A DNA stretch of 64,000 bases from positions 1 to 64,000 of IMG/VR virus record IMGVR_UViG_3300012157_000001. One strand, written 5' to 3'. Positions 19,631 through 28,156 of this stretch are shown here, in pieces. The DNA comes from a virus (taxonomy: Duplodnaviria; Caudoviricetes). The position numbers and the translations under genes are program-made. Below the pieces are notes generated by a model, which worked only from the letters and a program-made list of their open reading frames with translations, searched no databases and had not been told where the DNA came from. Within the stretch, counting starts at the first letter, position 1. Every line of letters begins with the position of its first letter.

Positions 19631-19637
19631 CAGTTTC

Positions 19638-20603
19638 ATGAATCCGATGATGCTCCAGCAGTTGATGGACAGCGCTGGTCTCGCGATCAAGCAGTCGCGA
19701 GATGCGCTCCAAACGGCCCAGCAAATGGGCCAGCAGATGGGCGGCATCCGCCAGGAGATGGCGCGCATGGCCCAGAACGCGGCCGACCTGCGCGACGCGC
19801 TCCAGCGGGTGCAGGTGCAGCGCCAGCAGGGCGACCCCGGCATTCAGCGGGTCGAGAACATTCCGGGCCGGCGCGTGCCTTTCGACCTCTTCGTGGACAT
19901 CCCCATCGGGGACAACATCACGAGCGTCCAGCAGGGCACGATTACGATCAGCCAGGAGGGCCCGTTCATCGCGGTGTCCCGTATGGCGGTGTTTCTCTCG
20001 ACGTATCAGTTCCAGGTCGTCGCGGATCCGACGCAGCCGAACAACAAGGCAACGTTCGCGGGTCGGAGCTTCGGTCGGCAGCGTCCGATCCACTCGGTGT
20101 GGGACATAAACGACGGCATGCCGCGGTCGCAGGTCGTCATGGCCGTCGCGCCACCGGGCACCGGCGCGCCACAGGTGATCAGCCCATCGAACGCGAGTCC
20201 GTTCCGGTCGATGGAGGCGGACTACCGCATTCGCTTCGAGAACGCTGGGTCGAGCTTCCCGCGCTCCAACATCGAGATCCCGAGCGCGTTCTGGGTGCGC
20301 GGGCAAAACGATCCCTTCAACCTCGCAGCGCTCGACGTCTTCGAGCGCGGCGAAGTGCTCACGTTCCAGGTGCTGCCGCTTCACCCGAACAACCCACCCT
20401 ACGGCAACGTGTTCGGCTTCGGAGCACCGAACCCAGCTTTCCCGTTCGTGCAGAGCGGGTGGGATGCAGTCGAAGGTATCAACGACGCGAACAACCCGGC
20501 GGCGGGGACGACCGACCCGGTGACCCGCGTCGCAAGCGGCATCCTCACAATCGGCTTCCACGGCTACCGCATCGTCCAGCCGGCGGGCGCAGGACCGTAC
20601 TGA
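19638..20603 (+). CDS. Putative second capsid/structural protein with N-terminal Gln-rich coil
   Basis: SD GGAGG; soluble beta-like body ending LTIGFHGYRI; position after putative MCP. Confidence 0.5.
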   Translation: MNPMMLQQLMDSAGLAIKQSRDALQTAQQMGQQMGGIRQEMARMAQNAADLRDALQRVQVQRQQGDPGIQRVENIPGRRVPFDLFVDIPIGDNITSVQQGTITISQEGPFIAVSRMAVFLSTYQFQVVADPTQPNNKATFAGRSFGRQRPIHSVWDINDGMPRSQVVMAVAPPGTGAPQVISPSNASPFRSMEADYRIRFENAGSSFPRSNIEIPSAFWVRGQNDPFNLAALDVFERGEVLTFQVLPLHPNNPPYGNVFGFGAPNPAFPFVQSGWDAVEGINDANNPAAGTTDPVTRVASGILTIGFHGYRIVQPAGAGPY

Positions 20604-20610
20604 GGGCACC

Positions 20611-20871
20611 GTGCAGTACGCGCACCCACCGCTCAACGAAGCGTATCCGATCGTAAGGGTCGGATACCCGTCGCCGGAGCACGGGTGCGCGCCGTTCTCG
20701 GCGGAGTGCGGGTGTACGGCGATGGCGGAGCAACGCGCACCGCTCGTGCCGGAGTGCGCGTGTGCGTCGTCCGTCGGGGCCATCACAATGCCGACAATCA
20801 ACTGGGCGCAACTCGCAGTCGGCGCGCTCGTCGGAGTCGGCCTCGGCTACGTGTTCTTCGCGACGAAATAG
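20611..20871 (+). CDS. Small Cys-containing membrane protein
   Basis: ECGC/ECAC motifs, C-terminal TM. Confidence 0.55.
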   Translation: MQYAHPPLNEAYPIVRVGYPSPEHGCAPFSAECGCTAMAEQRAPLVPECACASSVGAITMPTINWAQLAVGALVGVGLGYVFFATK

Positions 20872-20884
20872 GAGACCAACTTCC

Positions 20885-21385
20885 ATGGCAGTAGCTATTC
20901 GCCCAGTCACCCCGCAGCAGTTCATGCAGAAGTGCCTTGCATTCTCCACGTCGATGCCGCGCGTTCTGATTGGATCGCGCGGAGAGGCCGTGCGTCGGTG
21001 GCAGACGCTCATGCAAAAGGAGATGGCGGCCAAGATTCATGCCGATGGCATCTTCGGCGCGACCACGCAGGCCGCGACAATGGCCTTTCAGCGCAAGTCG
21101 AAGCTGCCGGCGGATGGCATCGTAGGGCCGAAGACGTGGGCGGCGGCGCTCGTAGCGCCTTGCTATGCGGGGGCGCTCGAAGCGCAACGTAACCCGCGGG
21201 CGTCCGAGATGGCCCTGATGCAGCTGAAGGCCCAGGTACAGCAGATGAGGGACGAGGCGGCCCGGTCGGCGGCCCATGGCGTCGGCGCCTTGGATTTGAG
21301 CTTCTCCGTGCTGGATCCGAAGAGCATGGTCCTCGGCGTTGTCCTCGGAGTCGCAGCAGGAGCCGTGCTTTTCCGGAAGAAGTAA
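20885..21385 (+). CDS. Peptidoglycan-binding (PG_binding_1-type) membrane protein
   Basis: GSRGEAVRRWQ...ADGIFGATTQAATMAFQR...ADGIVGPKTW; C-terminal TM + RKK. Confidence 0.8.
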   Translation: MAVAIRPVTPQQFMQKCLAFSTSMPRVLIGSRGEAVRRWQTLMQKEMAAKIHADGIFGATTQAATMAFQRKSKLPADGIVGPKTWAAALVAPCYAGALEAQRNPRASEMALMQLKAQVQQMRDEAARSAAHGVGALDLSFSVLDPKSMVLGVVLGVAAGAVLFRKK

Positions 21386-21400
21386 GCGACACTTGAGCTC

Positions 21401-22384
21401 ATGAGAAACCAGGCGCTGCGCGAGCGGATGCTGAGCCAGTTCCAGACCGAGAACCCCGGCCTGGCACTCGGAGCTCCGCCGCCGCAGCCGATGGAGGCGA
21501 GCTCGGCAAACCCAACGTCGCCCGCGCGCATCTGGGACCCGGCGACCGTCAGCCGAATCGTTCTGGCGGGCGGCGACACGGCTGCGCGGTTCCTGCACCC
21601 TACGTTCATCCCGTTCGAGAAGCTCTACCGGAAGTTCCCGCAGCAGGGCGTCTTCACGGCATCGCCGCAGAACAACTTCGTGTTCGAGCTCGGCGCGTTT
21701 CGCGTTCCGGCGCAGATGGCGTTCGCGCTCGTGGACTATCGCTTCGCGATCTACCGGCTCTCCGGCGCCGCCGCGGGCGATTGGGTGGAGCTCGAAGATC
21801 GGCGACTCTCGGGACAGGTGGGCTACGACGTCCTGATCTCCGACTACCGCAAGGCGAACCTGAGCTACGAGCTGGAGCCGACGGAGATCCAGGCGGCGAA
21901 GGAAGCAAGCGAGCAACCTATCTCTCCGGGCATCATCGCGGCCGGCGCCGAGTTCAACAACAACCAGCCGCCACAGATCAACGGGCAGCCGCCGTACCCA
22001 TTCCAGCCGATCACTCCGGCGACTCCGGACAGCCCGTTCGCCGATGCTGCACGTGTTGGCAACTCGCTCTATGCGCCGTCGGCGCCACCGTTCGGCGCAA
22101 CGGCCACGGACTTTGCGAACGCGCGCGCCGCGGCGGCCGCGTCGCCCGGCGGCCCCGGTCTCTCGCTCCTTCCGCAGCGGCACGAACGGCTCGGGCCACT
22201 GCCGCTGCCGTTCACGATGATGGTACGCGAAAATCAGCGCGTATCGTTCAAGGTGATCGTGTTCCGTGCGGTCCCGATTCCGGTAGCATTCTTCGAAGTG
22301 GACGTCACCGGCGTCCTGATGCCCGCGAACGTCGCCGACTCGCTACTCAAGGCGATGGCACCGTACGTGGCGCAAGGGGGCTAG
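21401..22384 (+). CDS. Putative minor capsid/penton-like protein
   Basis: Soluble, beta-like N- and C-terminal parts around a Pro/Ala insert; context only. Confidence 0.45.
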   Translation: MRNQALRERMLSQFQTENPGLALGAPPPQPMEASSANPTSPARIWDPATVSRIVLAGGDTAARFLHPTFIPFEKLYRKFPQQGVFTASPQNNFVFELGAFRVPAQMAFALVDYRFAIYRLSGAAAGDWVELEDRRLSGQVGYDVLISDYRKANLSYELEPTEIQAAKEASEQPISPGIIAAGAEFNNNQPPQINGQPPYPFQPITPATPDSPFADAARVGNSLYAPSAPPFGATATDFANARAAAAASPGGPGLSLLPQRHERLGPLPLPFTMMVRENQRVSFKVIVFRAVPIPVAFFEVDVTGVLMPANVADSLLKAMAPYVAQGG

Positions 22385-22559
22385 TGAGAATGCACGGGCA
22401 CAAGACTATGGGTGACGACTCTCTCGGGTGCTCTCTTCTTCGTCGTCGGCAGCACCGTGCCGGAACGCTCGTTGCCGCAAGCAAAAACGCGGCGGCCTGC
22501 GAACCGGCCCTCGAAACGAGAGCGTCGTCGCCCATTCTTTTCTCGCGTGAGGTGATGTC

Positions 22560-23333
22560 GTGAAGGGAAGCCCTGCCTACTACCGGCCAGAGCGTGTATC
22601 GCCGGAGCACGCGCATCTCGGCACGGGACAACACCTCGCCGTCGAGACGATGCTCCGCACGCTTCGGTCGACTCATCGCTTCGATCCGATCGGCGCCTTC
22701 GTGCCGTGGGCAAAGCAGAACGGCGCCGTCAACTGGACGACGATCGACAAGCCGGATCACGAGCTCGTGGTCTATCCGATCGATGCGGACACGGTCGCGC
22801 GCGTGAACGCTGCCTCCTACGGCTCCGAGGTGCCGTGGGTCGCCGTGATGACGGACAAGCCGGTTCAGGCGCTTGCGTCGGAACAGGCGTGGGACGCGAC
22901 GCGCTACGACCAGTTCGCGGTCGAAGCGGTGTACGACGTCGACGACAAGCGCCCGGCGCCACCGATTTGTTTCCTCTACTGGGCCAAGCTCCACGACGAT
23001 GTCGGCGGCGGCCGGGATTCGCTCGATGCCGTGGCAAAGCGCCTCGGCGGCAGGCTCGTCTTCCCGGTGCAGATCGAGAGCTCCGGCATGCGCGCGCTGC
23101 CGCCGCTGCCATTCAATCTCGTGCTCGACGCGCAGCTCGCGGCCCGCGAAGCACCGGTGACCGAGATGCCGGCGCGCGTTGCCACCGCGGGACTCGGGCG
23201 CTACCGCGCGATGTCGGCGGATCCGGTGCCAGCGGCACCGACAGGACCCCGCATTGCACCGTGGCTCATCGTATTTGGCGTCGGCGCCGGTGTGTGGGCA
23301 GTGCTCTGTCGTCGCAAACGGAAACGGCGGTGA
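22560..23333 (+). CDS. C-terminally anchored membrane protein
   Basis: AGLG motif, TM, RRKRKRR tail. Confidence 0.65.
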   Translation: MKGSPAYYRPERVSPEHAHLGTGQHLAVETMLRTLRSTHRFDPIGAFVPWAKQNGAVNWTTIDKPDHELVVYPIDADTVARVNAASYGSEVPWVAVMTDKPVQALASEQAWDATRYDQFAVEAVYDVDDKRPAPPICFLYWAKLHDDVGGGRDSLDAVAKRLGGRLVFPVQIESSGMRALPPLPFNLVLDAQLAAREAPVTEMPARVATAGLGRYRAMSADPVPAAPTGPRIAPWLIVFGVGAGVWAVLCRRKRKRR

Positions 23334-23336
23334 AGC

Positions 23337-23564
23337 ATGTCGTTCATGACGACGCCCACCGACGTGATGACGCTCGTGCGGACGGCGCGGAAGCTCGACG
23401 GAAATCCGTTCTCGCTCGCCGGTAAGCTCGTCGGGCTTGGGGCGGACGAGCAGCGAGCCGGTATCCCAGCCTGGGCCTGGGTCCTTGCTGGCGTGGGGGT
23501 CGGAGTGGCCATCGGGTTGAAACTCGCGCCGGCCGCGCGGGAGCGCCTAAAGGCGTTCACCTGA
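23337..23564 (+). CDS. Small membrane protein
   Basis: IPAWAWVLAGVGVGVAIG TM. Confidence 0.65.
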   Translation: MSFMTTPTDVMTLVRTARKLDGNPFSLAGKLVGLGADEQRAGIPAWAWVLAGVGVGVAIGLKLAPAARERLKAFT

Positions 23565-23644
23565 AACGAGTGCCAAAAAGTTGCGCTCTACGGGGCTGCC
23601 CGGCGAGCATGGGTTGACCCCCACCAAACCAAGGAAAAGCTCCC

Positions 23645-24058
23645 ATGGCCTTTGCTCTAGCAGTTGGTGATCTTTGCAGCCCCGCAGCGGTGGCGTCGTT
23701 CGCATCGTCCTCGGAGCCACCGGTGCTAGGAACCGTAACGAAGATCGGCCCTACCTCCGTCGTATGGCAGGACGGACGTGAGGTGACGTACACGCCGTCT
23801 ACGTTCCCAGGGTCCGTCGATGCCGGCCTGTCGAAGGTGACGATCGAGCTCGGCACCGAATTCCAGAACGCAAAGATCCGTCCGAACGGCGTGATACCGA
23901 ATCCGAACATCGACGGCCGCGCAAACGGTATCGTCGTGCTCGTCGTGAGGGTGACGAATGCCGCTGTCACCGATTTCCAAACAGCCATCGTTCTCTTCGA
24001 AAACGGCCTTTACGTGGCCATTCCGACTCTCGCGATCGAAGTCGTTCCTGGAGCGTGA
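23645..24058 (+). CDS. 'VxWxDG' family protein, copy 1
   Basis: SD AAGGA; promoter TTGCGC-N18-GAGCAT at 23581-23610; near-identical to next gene. Confidence 0.75.
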   Translation: MAFALAVGDLCSPAAVASFASSSEPPVLGTVTKIGPTSVVWQDGREVTYTPSTFPGSVDAGLSKVTIELGTEFQNAKIRPNGVIPNPNIDGRANGIVVLVVRVTNAAVTDFQTAIVLFENGLYVAIPTLAIEVVPGA

Positions 24059-24103
24059 TCCCCCGGGGCCTGTATTCGGTAACCAAGGAAAAGGAACCTT
24101 TCA

Positions 24104-24508
24104 ATGGCCTTCGCTCTTGCAGTAGGTGATCTTTGCAGCGCCGCGGCGGTCGCGTCGTTCGCGTCGTCCTCGGAGCCACCGGTGCTGGGTACCGTCGTCG
24201 CGATCGGGCCCACCGTCGTCGTGTGGCAGGACGGCCGTGAGCAGACATTCGTGGTGTCGGTCCCGGTGGACGTCGGTCTGTCGAAAGTCGCGATCGAGCT
24301 CGGCACGCAGTTCCAGAACGCAAGGATCCGTCCGAACGGCGTGATACCGAATCCAAACATCGACGGCCGCGCGGACGGCATCGTCGTGCTCGTCGTGAGG
24401 GTGACGAACGCCGTGGTCACCGATTTCCAGACGGCTATCGTTCGCTTCGGCAATGGCCTGTACGTCGCCGTGCCGACCCTCGCGATCGAAGTCGTTCCCG
24501 GCGCGTGA
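24104..24508 (+). CDS. 'VxWxDG' family protein, copy 2 (tandem duplicate)
   Basis: Long identical stretches with 23645..24058, including upstream AACCAAGGAAAAG. Confidence 0.75.
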   Translation: MAFALAVGDLCSAAAVASFASSSEPPVLGTVVAIGPTVVVWQDGREQTFVVSVPVDVGLSKVAIELGTQFQNARIRPNGVIPNPNIDGRADGIVVLVVRVTNAVVTDFQTAIVRFGNGLYVAVPTLAIEVVPGA

Positions 24509-24578
24509 TTCTCGGAGGCCCCTTAAGCATTGACCGCGCCTTCGGGCGCACAACGACCAACGGAGACGGAGAGAAGCA

Positions 24579-25127
24579 ATGTCCCTCAATCAGTCAGCGT
24601 ACCAGTCGGGAATCCTCGGCTTCGTGCCGCCTCCCGCCGGTGCGTTTCGCTCGGGCTCGCTCGGTGGTGGTCCGCCGCCAGCGCCCGCATACCACTCGGG
24701 CTCGCTCGGTGGTGGTCCGCCGCCCTCGGGCGCGTTTCGTTCGGGCGTGCTCGGCGTGTTCGGGACACCGCCGCCGTCGGGTGCGTTCAAGTCCGGCTCG
24801 CTCGGCGTGCTCGGTGCTCCGCCGCCGTCGGGCGCGGTAAAGAGCGGCATCCTCGGCTCACTCGGCGTGCCGCCGCCCGCAGGCGCATTCCGCTCGGGCT
24901 CGCTCGGGGTGCTCGGTGAGTCGTACGCGGGCCTCGGAGCGGGCGGGAGCATCATGCCGGTGTACCACCCGATCGGTGACGCGACGGCGGTCAAGCTCGC
25001 CGCGATGTACGGATTCGGCGACGCTCCGGCGCTGCCGGCGCTGCCGAAGATTCTCGTTGCTGCCGCCGGTCTCGGCGCCGTCGGCGTGATCTGGTGGGCG
25101 ATGAAGCGCCGCCACGCGAAAACCTAG
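24579..25127 (+). CDS. Repeat membrane protein (PPPxGAFxSGxLG x ~6)
   Basis: Internal ~15-aa repeats; TM + KRR. Confidence 0.7.
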   Translation: MSLNQSAYQSGILGFVPPPAGAFRSGSLGGGPPPAPAYHSGSLGGGPPPSGAFRSGVLGVFGTPPPSGAFKSGSLGVLGAPPPSGAVKSGILGSLGVPPPAGAFRSGSLGVLGESYAGLGAGGSIMPVYHPIGDATAVKLAAMYGFGDAPALPALPKILVAAAGLGAVGVIWWAMKRRHAKT

Positions 25128-25139
25128 GACGAGGTCACC

Positions 25140-25574
25140 ATGCAAGCAGGAGACATTGTTTTTTTGGGGTCCGCAGTGGTCGGGCCAAGTGGATCCTCAG
25201 TGATCCACGAGCAGCCGCCCCAGCTCGGTATTATCGAGGCACTCGACGCCGGATCGCCGCCGACGAATGTCGTTGTCGTGTGGCAGGACAGTAGGAGAAC
25301 ACAGTACAACGCGGTTGGCAGCGGCGCGACGTCGTTGCTGTTTGTAGTCGGCACTATTCCGCCGGGTACGGTACCGATCGTCGGTTTCGTCGTGCAGCCG
25401 AAGTCGGTCTCGGGCATTCCGAATCCAGGCAGTCGTCTTCAGGGTCCAGTCATTCAACAGTATGGCCTGGAGGATCCGACAGGCGCTTCGGTTGGTCAGG
25501 CCATCGTTGTCGCGACACCGATCGGTTTTCTCGTGATCGATCCGGCCGACGCCACCGTGCTGGCAGCCGCCTGA
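25140..25574 (+). CDS. 'VxWxDG' family protein, copy 3
   Basis: AGDIV...QPPQLG...VVVVWQDS. Confidence 0.7.
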   Translation: MQAGDIVFLGSAVVGPSGSSVIHEQPPQLGIIEALDAGSPPTNVVVVWQDSRRTQYNAVGSGATSLLFVVGTIPPGTVPIVGFVVQPKSVSGIPNPGSRLQGPVIQQYGLEDPTGASVGQAIVVATPIGFLVIDPADATVLAAA

Positions 25575-25585
25575 AGGAGGAACTC

Positions 25586-26020
25586 ATGGCAGCCCCAATC
25601 GCAGCAGGCACGATAGTCACCACGAAATCGGCGCTCAGTGGCTTCGAGCTAGAGAACCGCCGCCCAATCATCGGCAGATGCGAGTCCGCGATAGCGGGGG
25701 CCCCGGGAGCTCCGCCGACAGATGTGGTAGTCGCGTGGGAAGATGGCACGCGAGAGACCTATGCAAACGCAAGAGGGCTCGCGTCGGTAGGCCTACCGAG
25801 CTCGGCATCTCTGCTCGGTACGGTCATGCAATTTCTGCCCACGCAACCTCCAATTCTTGAGGCGGGCACCCGTCTTCGCGGACCCGTCGTGGTGCACGCG
25901 GAGTACTTCGAGGCCAATGGGGATCCGCTCTCTGGTGGCAACGAAGTCGCGACGCTGAAAACTCGATTCGGATACGCCTCATTTCCGGTCGTCGGTCTCG
26001 TCGCCGTACCTGGCGCCTAA
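25586..26020 (+). CDS. 'VxWxDG' family protein, copy 4
   Basis: SD AAGGAGG; VVVAWEDG; ends VPGA like copies 1-2. Confidence 0.7.
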   Translation: MAAPIAAGTIVTTKSALSGFELENRRPIIGRCESAIAGAPGAPPTDVVVAWEDGTRETYANARGLASVGLPSSASLLGTVMQFLPTQPPILEAGTRLRGPVVVHAEYFEANGDPLSGGNEVATLKTRFGYASFPVVGLVAVPGA

Positions 26021-26067
26021 CCGAAAACTGGCGTGCCGGAGCCTAGAGAGGGTACTCTGGGCTGGCC

Positions 26068-26682
26068 TTGGCGGACTTGCTCGACACCCTGGGCCAAGTG
26101 GTCCTGAGCTTCCAATCTGCCCCGCTCGGGGTGCCAGGGCGCATTTGGGACGAGGTGAAGCCGTGGCTCGGTAACCTGGTGCGGCACGCGGCGCCGAAGT
26201 GGCTGCCGCGGCTCTCCTTCGGCTTCCCGTGCACCCTGCCGCGGCCCGATCGGCTCCCGTGCCCTCGACCGGCAATCGCTGCCTGTGACGCCTGTGGGCG
26301 TCCCTGCTGCCTCGACCACGCGCGGATCGACCAGTGGGGTGACGCCATCTGCTACGCCTGCTGCTGGGAGGCCCAGCAGAGGAAGCAGGCCGAGCGCGCT
26401 GCAGCGGCCGGTCATGTGCACGGGCAACCGGACCCGCGGCAGGTGCCGAACCAGCCACCGCCGATCTCCGAAAAGGATCTCGCGGCGGCGCGACGCACGC
26501 TTGGCGTAAAAAAGTCCGACGATTGGGACACCGTCGAGCGCTCGTACAAGCGGCTCCTCGCGAAGTGGCACCCAGATCGGCACCCCGGTGACGGCTACGC
26601 CGCCGCGGAGGAGAAGTTCAAGGCAGTGCGCAATGCGTTCGACTTGCTGGTGAAGGCTCGCGAACAGAAAGAAGCGGCGTGA
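26068..26682 (+). CDS. Zn-finger plus C-terminal DnaJ J-domain protein
   Basis: CxxC clusters; TLGV...YKRLLAKWHPDR...EEKFKAVRNAFDLL (HPD motif). Confidence 0.8.
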   Translation: MADLLDTLGQVVLSFQSAPLGVPGRIWDEVKPWLGNLVRHAAPKWLPRLSFGFPCTLPRPDRLPCPRPAIAACDACGRPCCLDHARIDQWGDAICYACCWEAQQRKQAERAAAAGHVHGQPDPRQVPNQPPPISEKDLAAARRTLGVKKSDDWDTVERSYKRLLAKWHPDRHPGDGYAAAEEKFKAVRNAFDLLVKAREQKEAA

Positions 26683-27362
26683 TGGCGCGAAGCAGGCGAA
26701 ACGAGAAAGTGGACTTCGGCGACGAGGATGCGGTGCTCGAAGAGATCGCGAATGCGCTCAAGGAAGATCCCGAGGACTGCTCAATCGAAGAGGACCGCGG
26801 ACTCACTGGCTTCGGTGAAGGCATCGTCTATCGCGTGAAGTGCGGGCGTATGGAGTACTGCGTCGTCGAAGACGACGATGCCGCTTACGCACTAGCGAAA
26901 GCCAGCGTCATTCAGGACTTGGAGCACGAGCCAGAAATCTTCAACAAGGACTTCATCGAGAGCCACATCGACAAGGACCGGCTGCGGCGTGACCTGCGCT
27001 CGGATGTACGAGACATGGCTGAGGAGGATCTCCGGCAGATGAGCGACCGAGAGTTCTGGCGCACGGCGGAGCGATACATCGACGTGCCAGAAGAGGACGA
27101 GGACGGTGACATGCCGGATACCGACGAGTACGTCGAGGACGTTGCCGAGAAGATGGTCGACGAGCGCCTCAAGGACCCGATGGAGTACCTGGAGGAAATC
27201 TACGGCGACGAAGCGGCGGCGCAGGCGATCAAGATCGCCGGCATCGACATCGACGCAGCTGCGGAGGACGCTGTCGACACCGACGGATGGCAGCACTTCC
27301 TCGCGCGCTACGACGGCAACAGCGAGGAGACCCGAAGCGAATTCGTCTTCTGGCGGGAGTAA
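26682..27362 (+). CDS. Highly acidic protein with N-terminal RSRRN tag
   Basis: D/E-rich throughout; starts MARSRRNE. Confidence 0.7.
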   Translation: MARSRRNEKVDFGDEDAVLEEIANALKEDPEDCSIEEDRGLTGFGEGIVYRVKCGRMEYCVVEDDDAAYALAKASVIQDLEHEPEIFNKDFIESHIDKDRLRRDLRSDVRDMAEEDLRQMSDREFWRTAERYIDVPEEDEDGDMPDTDEYVEDVAEKMVDERLKDPMEYLEEIYGDEAAAQAIKIAGIDIDAAAEDAVDTDGWQHFLARYDGNSEETRSEFVFWRE

Positions 27363-27369
27363 TTGATCC

Positions 27370-27966
27370 ATGAGCTACGACGTAGTGAACCCGACGTACT
27401 ATCAGACATTCCAACAAGGGACGCCGTTTCATCCCGGTGCGCCAGGCTGGACGCAGGCACCGTTTCCGACGTGGGGCGAGAATCCGAATCTTGCCGGTCG
27501 GCGACGGCTAGCGACCGACGGGCTCGGGAACGTCGTCGCGATCAGCGGCCTCGGCTCGATCGTCAAATCCAGTGACCCCGGCTTCACATGCCCGGCGGAT
27601 GCACCGCACCGGGTCGTCGACAGCCGCAGTGGCATCTCGTGTTACGGTGACTCCGAATGGGCAGTATTGAATCAGCAGGCTAAGCCACCGCCCGCGTTCG
27701 TACCCCCGGCGCCGTCGGCGTATCAGACGAGCCCGATCACGATTCCATCGGTGCCGCCGTGGCTGCGAGCACTCAGCACCATTTCCGCTGCTGCGTGCGC
27801 CTACCACGGGTACAAGCGCAACGAATCCGTGGGCTGGGCGTTCGGCTGGGCGTTCTTCGGCTCTGTCGCACCGTTCTTCGCGCTACCGGTGGCGCTCGCT
27901 CAGGGGTTCGGTAAACCGAAGAAGATGGTCTCGAACCGGCGTCAACGCCGCCGCACGCGGCGCTGA
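27370..27966 (+). CDS. Membrane protein with GLG motifs and basic tail
   Basis: DGLG, ISGLG, AYHGYKRN..GWA..W, tail SNRRQRRRTRR. Confidence 0.7.
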   Translation: MSYDVVNPTYYQTFQQGTPFHPGAPGWTQAPFPTWGENPNLAGRRRLATDGLGNVVAISGLGSIVKSSDPGFTCPADAPHRVVDSRSGISCYGDSEWAVLNQQAKPPPAFVPPAPSAYQTSPITIPSVPPWLRALSTISAAACAYHGYKRNESVGWAFGWAFFGSVAPFFALPVALAQGFGKPKKMVSNRRQRRRTRR

Positions 27967-27969
27967 GCG

Positions 27970-28104
27970 ATGTACGTTGCAACCCCGCTACCGAGGCGCC
28001 TGGGCGCCGTCCAGGAGCCGACGAGGGGCACGCCGGCATGGGTATCGCTGGTGATCCTCGGCGTGGCCGTAGCCGTTTTCGTGGGCACGCTGCGGCCTCG
28101 TTGA
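27970..28104 (+). CDS. 44-aa membrane peptide (absent from the ORF track)
   Basis: MYVATPLPRRLGAVQEPTRGTPAWVSLVILGVAVAVFVGTLRPR* fills the gap between genes. Confidence 0.55.
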   Translation: MYVATPLPRRLGAVQEPTRGTPAWVSLVILGVAVAVFVGTLRPR

Positions 28105-28156
28105 CAGCGGGCTGAAAAGTTGCGGGGTGCGCCGAGCGGGGCGTAGCCTGAGGGGC

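Noticed and set aside
2029-22183. Long minus-strand ORFs (e.g. 2029..3921, 16555..17901, 19434..20801, 20798..22183)
   Set aside because: Antisense shadows of GC-rich + strand genes; no motifs or RBS
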